This document shows positions 1 through 4,005 of a DNA stretch of 4,005 bases, piece by piece. Location: the IMG/VR virus record IMGVR_UViG_2574180358_000004; one strand, given 5' to 3'. Both the position numbers and the translations under genes were made by a program. The stretch is from a virus (Duplodnaviria > Heunggongvirae > Uroviricota > Caudoviricetes). The notes below the pieces were generated by a model. It was not told where the DNA came from, ran no database searches, and saw only the letters and a list, made by a program, of their open reading frames with translations. The stretch's first letter is position 1, and every line of letters starts with the position of its first letter.

Positions 1-260
1 TAAGTTGGAGTCATTACCCGGAAAGTAAACAAGAATACTCCCATTGACTTATATCAATTAATCAACTTTTTATAAGCTATCACTAACTTATTGTGTATAG
101 CTGAAAAGTCAGAGACAAGTTCACCATCTGCATTATTTCTTAAGTTAATAGTTTATTGCTAACTTAATTTATGTATCGACTATTGATAGCCATCTTAAAG
201 TTACAATATCCCTCTGCATTATTTTTCATCACAAATAATATATCTATTGCACGACACTCA

Positions 261-277
261 TCTGCTCTAATAAATTT
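261..277 (+). promoter_or_regulatory. C1-repressor-type operator (Op51-like) in front of the c4-icd-ant operon
   Basis: Sequence TCTGCTCTAATAAATTT matches 15 of 17 positions of the asymmetric P1 C1 operator consensus ATTGCTCTAATAAATTT as I recall it. A possible overlapping promoter is TTGCAC (247-252), 18-bp spacer, TAAATT (271-276). The same box recurs at 1918-1934 within a ~30-bp conserved block. Confidence 0.6.
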
Positions 278-315
278 GTATTTTTAAGTCGCGAATGCTA
301 TCTTTTCGCATCATA

Positions 316-345
316 TTGACCTTTTAATCGTTCAGGCTTATAGTT
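316..345 (+). promoter_or_regulatory. sigma70-type promoter candidate directing rightward transcription into the c4-like RNA and icd-ant
   Basis: TTGACC (316-321), 18-bp spacer, TATAGT (340-345); sits in the AT-rich ORF-free region just upstream of the structured RNA. Pattern match only. Confidence 0.35.
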
Positions 346-373
346 TCGCCGTCGTAGCAAATTCTGCGACCGG

Positions 374-396
374 GTTTAGCAGCCTGAATGATTGTG
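374..396 (+). repeat. Upstream copy of antisense-RNA target boxes (a1/b1-like): TTAGCAG and GATTGTG
   Basis: GTTTAGCAGC (374-383) and GATTGTG (390-396) recur at 543-552 and 574-580. Both are exactly complementary to CACAATC (502-508) and CTGCTAA (515-521) in the structured region, in the order expected for antiparallel pairing. Confidence 0.45.
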
Positions 397-439
397 CGGA
401 CAGCCGCAGATATCCGATATTGCGGTATTTTTGTGTCCG

Positions 440-535
440 TAAAACCGCGTTACGCCCAAATTATGGTGGGGCGTGATGGGGAGGCTTCGGCCTGCTGGTT
501 TCACAATCGCCAGTCTGCTAACCCCGTCACGTCCT
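440..535 (+). ncRNA. c4: c4-type antisense RNA candidate (immunity-I repressor RNA); boundaries approximate
   Basis: GC-rich structured stretch between the promoter region and icd with no convincing ORF. Predicted hairpins: 448-457/469-478 (10 bp including G-U pairs); 482-485/490-493 closed by a UUCG tetraloop; 495-498/511-514 with CACAATC in the loop; alternative closing stem 475-481/522-528. The two 7-nt elements complementary to the duplicated flanking boxes lie in a loop and a junction. Position upstream of icd-ant matches P1 immI organisation. Confidence 0.45.
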
Positions 536-542
536 GCCACCT

Positions 543-583
543 GTTTAGCAGCGGGTAGCAGGTTGTTAAACCTGATTGTGAGG
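543..583 (+). promoter_or_regulatory. Downstream target boxes (a2/b2-like) overlapping the icd Shine-Dalgarno; probable site of antisense translational repression
   Basis: GTTTAGCAGC (543-552) and GATTGTGAGG (574-583). The GAGG at 580-583 is the Shine-Dalgarno for the ATG at 592, so pairing with the RNA element CACAATC would occlude the ribosome-binding site. Confidence 0.45.
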
Positions 584-591
584 CCGTAACT

Positions 592-813
592 ATGGTTAAT
601 GCCAATCCTTGCGCACGCCAAGAATTCATCTGGCGTTTCTATTCCTGTAAAAAACACCACTATCACTTCGTCATCGCAGCAACAGAAGACGAAGCACGCT
701 CTCAATTGCCTGATGGTCCCTGCATTTTTACTGCCCGTTTTTCAACTAACTCGCGCAATTCACTTAGTTACTGGAACCTCCCCTTCTCTGCCGACGTTCA
801 GGGGGATTTATGA
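592..813 (+). CDS. icd: Small icd-like protein (73 aa), translationally coupled to ant
   Basis: ATG at 592 preceded by GAGG with 8-nt spacing. Its TGA stop (811-813) overlaps the ant ATG (810-812) as ATGA. Length and position match my recollection of P1 icd; no sequence-level confirmation is possible here. The alternative frame 599-835 cannot be fully excluded. Confidence 0.5.
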   Translation: MVNANPCARQEFIWRFYSCKKHHYHFVIAATEDEARSQLPDGPCIFTARFSTNSRNSLSYWNLPFSADVQGDL

Positions 814-1754
814 AAAAACCTCTCGTCACCCGTAATGAAATAGCCGAAGCGATCGCCCTGCATACAACCTGTATGCCGACACGGGAGATCCCCGGCGCAA
901 TTGCCAACTATTTCATGATAACCAGACGTTTTTATACCCGAACAGATAAGGCTGTGATCAACAAGCTACTGATAGCCGAGATCAGGGATTATTTGATTGA
1001 ACAAGGACGTCTACGTTACGCAACAGTGGCAGCAGAAATGAGAAAGGAGGCACATAGAATGACCGGTAATAATTTGAATGTTGAAAAACCAGCACCTGTT
1101 GCTTCAGCTACGCCATCACCAGCTGTGAATGTTATCTCCAACACTGGAGACACAATCGACAGCCAGACACTGTTAAAGATGGTCAATGAAGCTCGTAAGT
1201 TATGTGGGGAACCAGAGGTTCGGAACAACAAATTCATCGAAAAAATACTCGACGAATTAGAAGGTGAGGACGGTTACACAAAAAGTGCAACCGTGCCGCC
1301 AGGTGGCGGTACGCCTATGGTTGTCATAACCATGACCTACAAACAAGCCCTGCGAGTCGCCGCGCGCGAGTCAAAAGCGGTCCGCCGTTCGCTGATCGAC
1401 AAACTGGAAGAGTTACAGCAGGCAAACTCCCCTACCCCATCGATCCCCCAGACATTACCAGAAGCCCTACGCCTGGCTGCCGAGTTAGCAGAACAGAAAA
1501 TGCAGTTGGAACAACAGCTGGTGGCCGCAGCCCCTAAAGTCGATTTTGCCGACCGGGTATCAGTGGCCAATGGAATCCTGATCGGGAACTTTGCAAAGGT
1601 CGTTGGACTTAAGCAAAACGCCCTTTTCTCATGGTTGCGCCAGAACGGCATTCTCATGGCTTTTGGAGCGCGCAAAAACGTACCGCGCCAACAGTACATC
1701 AACGCCGGGTATTTCAGGTGCTGGATGATGAAAATGGCTACCAGATACGGCTGA
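810..1754 (+). CDS. ant: Antirepressor Ant (Ant1 form) with KilAC/ANT-type C-terminal domain; reading frame breaks near 1712-1715 so the ORF as written ends prematurely at 1754
   Basis: 314-aa ORF. ATG at 810 preceded by GGGGG (801-805). Residues ~200-300 (LPEALRLAAELAEQK...PKVDFADRV...NGILIGNFAKVVGL...WLRQNGIL...RKNVPRQQYINAGYF) align closely with the C-terminal half of the downstream KilA ORF. After GYF the frame yields RCWMMKMATRYG-stop, while the conserved continuation lies in the -1 frame. Confidence 0.8.
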   Translation: MKKPLVTRNEIAEAIALHTTCMPTREIPGAIANYFMITRRFYTRTDKAVINKLLIAEIRDYLIEQGRLRYATVAAEMRKEAHRMTGNNLNVEKPAPVASATPSPAVNVISNTGDTIDSQTLLKMVNEARKLCGEPEVRNNKFIEKILDELEGEDGYTKSATVPPGGGTPMVVITMTYKQALRVAARESKAVRRSLIDKLEELQQANSPTPSIPQTLPEALRLAAELAEQKMQLEQQLVAAAPKVDFADRVSVANGILIGNFAKVVGLKQNALFSWLRQNGILMAFGARKNVPRQQYINAGYFRCWMMKMATRYG

Positions 1755-1840
1755 CGCCCCAATTAACGGGTAAAGGCCAGCAGTGGTTAACTCGCAAGCT
1801 ACTTGATGCTGGTTTGTTAAAACCAGTAGCAATAGGTTAA
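1715..1840 (+). other. ant: Displaced C-terminal segment of ant in the -1 frame (QVLDDENGYQIRLTPQLTGKGQQWLTRKLLDAGLLKPVAIG); ant is either a frameshifted pseudogene or carries a 1-bp sequencing error
   Basis: The frame-2 translation from 1715 aligns with the KilA C-terminus (…RISFTTRITGKGQQWLMKRLLDAGVLVPVAATR). Restoring one T in the run at 1712-1714 (TATTTCAG to TATTTTCAG) gives the contiguous reading GYF-QVLDDENGY…. Confidence 0.6.
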
Positions 1841-1852
1841 CAAAAGAAAAAA

Positions 1853-1877
1853 CCTGCCAGCTAACTGGCAGGTTTCT
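1853..1877 (+). terminator. Rho-independent terminator after ant
   Basis: Stem CCTGCCAG (1853-1860), loop CTAA, stem CTGGCAGG (1865-1872), followed by TTTCT; preceded by an A-tract (AAAAAA), so it could act in both directions. Confidence 0.6.
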
Positions 1878-1917
1878 GAGCAGATCGTCCAACCCGATCT
1901 GGATCGAGTCAGAAAAA

Positions 1918-1934
1918 TTTGCTCTAATAAATTT
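1918..1934 (+). promoter_or_regulatory. C1-repressor-type operator (Op53-like) in front of kilA-repL
   Basis: TTTGCTCTAATAAATTT matches 16 of 17 positions of the recalled consensus ATTGCTCTAATAAATTT. It sits in a block (1918-1947) that repeats the 261-290 block, including TAAGT 17 bp downstream of TGCTC. A possible promoter is TTGCTC (1919-1924), 17-bp spacer, TAAGTG (1942-1947). Confidence 0.65.
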
Positions 1935-2003
1935 CGTTTTCTAAGTGCAAAGAATCACCATTTCGAGCTGGTGATTGAAGGTTGATGCAAATTTGGAGAA
2001 AAA

Positions 2004-2804
2004 ATGCAACAAACATTCAATGCGGATATGAATATATCAAACCTTCATCAAAATGTCGATCCTTCCACCACTCTGCCCGTTATTTGTGGTGTTGAAATTA
2101 CGACCGACCGCGCTGGCCGTTACAACCTTAATGCTCTACACAGAGCGAGCGGACTCGGTGCCCATAAAGCGCCAGCTCAATGGCTAAGAACGCTGTCAGC
2201 CAAACAGCTCATCGAAGAGCTGGAAAAAGAAACTATGCAGAATTGCATAGTTTCGTTCGAAGGCCGTGGCGGCGGCACTTTTGCCCATGAATTGCTCGCA
2301 GTGGAGTACGCTGGTTGGATTTCTCCCGCGTTTCGGCTGAAGGTAAACCAGACATTTATCGACTATCGCGCTGGAAGATTACAACCTGCTATTCCGAAGA
2401 GCCTCCCAGAAGCTCTCCGTTTGGCTGCTGACCTGGCAGAGCAAAAGCAACGGCTGGAGCAAAAAATGCTGATGGATGCACCTAAAGTCGAATTCGCCGA
2501 ACGCGTTGCTACCGCCAGCGGGGTTCTAATCGGCAACTATGCCAAAGTGCTCGGCCTGGGCCAAAACTATCTCTTCACCTGGTTGCGTGATAACGGAATT
2601 CTGATCGCAACCGGTGAACGCAGGAACGTCCCCAAACAAGAATACATATCCCGTGGGTATTTCACCCTTAAAGAAACCGTGATCGATACAAGCAATGGAA
2701 GCAGGATTTCTTTCACGACTCGTATAACCGGCAAAGGTCAGCAGTGGCTGATGAAGCGATTGCTTGATGCTGGTGTGCTGGTACCTGTCGCGGCAACGCG
2801 CTAA
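2004..2804 (+). CDS. kilA: KilA-like protein: N-terminal KilA-N DNA-binding domain plus C-terminal Ant-like (KilAC) domain
   Basis: 266-aa ORF. ATG at 2004 preceded by GGAGA (1995-1999). The N-terminal region (…YNLNALHRASGLGAHKAPAQWLRT…FEGRGGGTFAHELLAVEYAGWISPAFRLKV…) fits the KilA-N fold pattern. The C-terminal ~130 aa is paralogous to the ant C-terminus. Position after ant and before a repL-like gene matches P1 order. Confidence 0.8.
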   Translation: MQQTFNADMNISNLHQNVDPSTTLPVICGVEITTDRAGRYNLNALHRASGLGAHKAPAQWLRTLSAKQLIEELEKETMQNCIVSFEGRGGGTFAHELLAVEYAGWISPAFRLKVNQTFIDYRAGRLQPAIPKSLPEALRLAADLAEQKQRLEQKMLMDAPKVEFAERVATASGVLIGNYAKVLGLGQNYLFTWLRDNGILIATGERRNVPKQEYISRGYFTLKETVIDTSNGSRISFTTRITGKGQQWLMKRLLDAGVLVPVAATR

Positions 2805-2833
2805 CAGACGTAGTAAGAACCACCAGCATTGTA

Positions 2834-3679
2834 ATGCTGGCTAAAGTCACTTTCCTGAGCTGTATAACGATGAGCGATTTTACTTTTTCTGGCTATGAAT
2901 TGGCCTTCTTTGTAACACACTCCGGTCTATCCCGTAGCGCCGGGCATATCCTGTCGCAATGTGCAAATCTCGCGGCAACAACCAGTGAATACTTCATTCA
3001 CAAGCCCCACCGCCTGATCGCGGCAGAAACTGGTTATAGCCAATCAACCGTCGTTCGTGCATTCCGTGAAGCTGTAAACAAAGGAATTCTGTCAGTAGAG
3101 ATTGTTATCGGCGATCACCGTGAACGTCGCGCTAACCTGTACCGGTTTACACCATCCTTTTTGGCCTTCGCACAACAAGCCAAAAATGCGCTGATTGAAA
3201 GCAAATTAAAGATCTCTTCAGCGGCAACCAAGGTTAAAGCTGTTCTCGCTAAGACATTGGCTTTATTTGATTTTTTATCCACACCCCCATATCAAAATGA
3301 TACCCCCTCCCCCTGTCAGGATGACGTGGCAATAAAGAATAAGAAGTCACAAGTTAAAAAAACAAAAAGATCAGTTTCCGGCGGTGCCGGAACGACCAGA
3401 CTCAAAAAATTGACTTCATGGATCGCTGAGGCAAAAGCAAAGGCTGACAATCTGCGGTTATCCAAAAAACGCGCTCAAAAACATGAGTTCAAGCAGAAAG
3501 TAGAGGCGGCTGCGCGGAAATATGCTTACCTGAAGAACAAGCGTTCGCCTGATATTGGCGGGATATCAAACTTCGATAATCTACCGCATTGCATGACGGT
3601 AAACGAAGCTCTTAATGCGGTTTTAGCCAATAATAAAGATAACGAAAAATGGGGTATACCGGCAGGATTCAGGGGGTGA
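2834..3679 (+). CDS. repL: RepL-like lytic replication protein (winged-helix/HTH N-terminal region, lysine-rich basic C-terminal region)
   Basis: 281-aa ORF directly downstream of kilA, same strand, 30-nt gap. HTH-like segment IAAETGYSQSTVVRAFREAVNKGIL; basic tail KKSQVKKTKRS…KKRAQKHEFKQK. Assignment rests on gene order and length as recalled for P1, not on verified homology. No convincing Shine-Dalgarno before ATG 2834; an alternative in-frame ATG lies at 2870. Confidence 0.55.
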   Translation: MLAKVTFLSCITMSDFTFSGYELAFFVTHSGLSRSAGHILSQCANLAATTSEYFIHKPHRLIAAETGYSQSTVVRAFREAVNKGILSVEIVIGDHRERRANLYRFTPSFLAFAQQAKNALIESKLKISSAATKVKAVLAKTLALFDFLSTPPYQNDTPSPCQDDVAIKNKKSQVKKTKRSVSGGAGTTRLKKLTSWIAEAKAKADNLRLSKKRAQKHEFKQKVEAAARKYAYLKNKRSPDIGGISNFDNLPHCMTVNEALNAVLANNKDNEKWGIPAGFRG

Positions 3680-3682
3680 TAG

Positions 3683-3693
3683 ATTGCTCTAAT
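3683..3693 (+). promoter_or_regulatory. Partial C1-operator-like box (ATTGCTCTAAT) between repL and the downstream small gene
   Basis: The first 11 positions match the operator consensus exactly and the last 6 do not (11/17 overall). Location is intergenic, 4 bp after the repL stop. Confidence 0.25.
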
Positions 3694-3729
3694 CTGGAGT
3701 CACCTGGCGTTTTCAGTTTGAGGTCGGAG

Positions 3730-3975
3730 ATGCAATCTGATTTTTTACAGTTAGCGATCGCTTTTGCAGGATATGTTTGTATTGGCTTCTGTGTATACAT
3801 GATCAGCCGAAAAATGCTTGTCGATATCTACCGCAAAGAACGAGCAGAGGAGATCTTAGTATGGATTTTCTTTGGCGCGGTCTGGCCATTAGGGATCATG
3901 TTTGCTGCAACATTTCTTCTGATGTGGATATTCACCCTTCCAGGTGATTTCTATAGAAAAAAAGCCAGACATTGA
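3730..3975 (+). CDS. Small hydrophobic protein (81 aa) with two predicted transmembrane helices; function unknown
   Basis: ATG at 3730 preceded by GAGG (3720-3723) with 6-nt spacing. Hydrophobic segments LQLAIAFAGYVCIGFCVYMI and ILVWIFFGAVWPLGIMFAATFLLMWIF are separated by a charged loop (SRKMLVDIYRKERAEE). The longer ORF from 3649 overlaps repL and lacks a ribosome-binding site. Confidence 0.5.
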   Translation: MQSDFLQLAIAFAGYVCIGFCVYMISRKMLVDIYRKERAEEILVWIFFGAVWPLGIMFAATFLLMWIFTLPGDFYRKKARH

Positions 3976-4005
3976 TACAATCGTTGCGGGTGCTTGAGGC
4001 TATCT

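Noticed and set aside
155-171. ATTGCTAACTTAATTTA as a further C1 operator
   Set aside because: Only ~11 of 17 positions match and the mismatches fall in the central CTCTAAT core; too weak to call.
376-705. 109-aa ORF on the minus strand
   Set aside because: It lies antisense across the structured RNA region, the target boxes and the icd start, has no recognisable ribosome-binding site, and encodes an odd Cys-rich sequence. It is most likely a chance ORF in a GC-richer non-coding/overlapping region.
599-835. 78-aa ORF on the + strand in the alternative frame to the icd-like ORF
   Set aside because: It starts 7 nt after the 592 ATG with poorer Shine-Dalgarno spacing and ends 26 nt inside ant, whereas the 592-813 frame gives the ATGA overlap with ant. 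It cannot be fully excluded without homology data.
1631-1840. 69-aa ORF on the + strand as an independent gene
   Set aside because: Only its C-terminal part (from ~1715) is meaningful, and that is the frameshift-displaced C-terminus of ant; the ATG at 1631 is simply an in-frame codon within ant's other frame.
1016-1892. Three minus-strand ORFs (1016-1237, 1337-1762, 1629-1892)
   Set aside because: All lie antisense within the ant coding region, have no ribosome-binding sites and show no protein-like features; they are typical shadow ORFs of a genuine gene on the opposite strand.
2823-2840. Hairpin after kilA considered as a terminator
   Set aside because: It has no downstream U-tract and includes the repL ATG, so it is more likely a translational or structural element than an intrinsic terminator.
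3649-3729. Upstream extension of the small membrane-protein ORF, starting at ATG 3649
   Set aside because: It overlaps the 3' end of repL, has no Shine-Dalgarno, and the N-terminal 27 residues are non-hydrophobic filler; the ATG at 3730 has a GAGG ribosome-binding site.
1-4005. CRISPR arrays, tRNA or rRNA genes, insertion-sequence ends, integrase or attachment sites
   Set aside because: No regularly spaced direct repeats, no cloverleaf-compatible segments, no terminal inverted repeats and no transposase or integrase-like ORF were seen.

Overview
This window reads as the immunity-I plus lytic-replicon segment of a P1-like temperate phage or phage-plasmid, with every supported gene on the + strand. 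I do not see a wholly undescribed system here; the novelty is in the details. Layout: an AT-rich, ORF-free control region (1-360) carrying a near-consensus P1 C1-repressor operator (261-277); a GC-richer structured non-coding stretch (~440-535) that looks like a c4-type antisense RNA, flanked by duplicated target boxes (376-396 and 545-583) whose downstream copy overlaps the ribosome-binding site of a 73-aa icd-like ORF (592-813); that ORF overlaps by ATGA the antirepressor gene ant (810-1754), which has a nested in-frame second start (1059) and a -1 frameshift at a T-run (~1712-1715) displacing its last ~40 codons (1715-1840); an intrinsic terminator (1853-1877); a second C1-type operator (1918-1934); kilA (2004-2804, KilA-N plus Ant-like C-terminal domain); a repL-like protein (2834-3679); and a small two-helix membrane protein (3730-3975). 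The items most worth a second look are the ant frameshift, the antisense-RNA/target-box geometry, a partial operator-like box at 3683-3693 and the uncharacterised membrane protein. Gene-family assignments rest on motifs read by eye and remembered P1 gene order, not on a database search.
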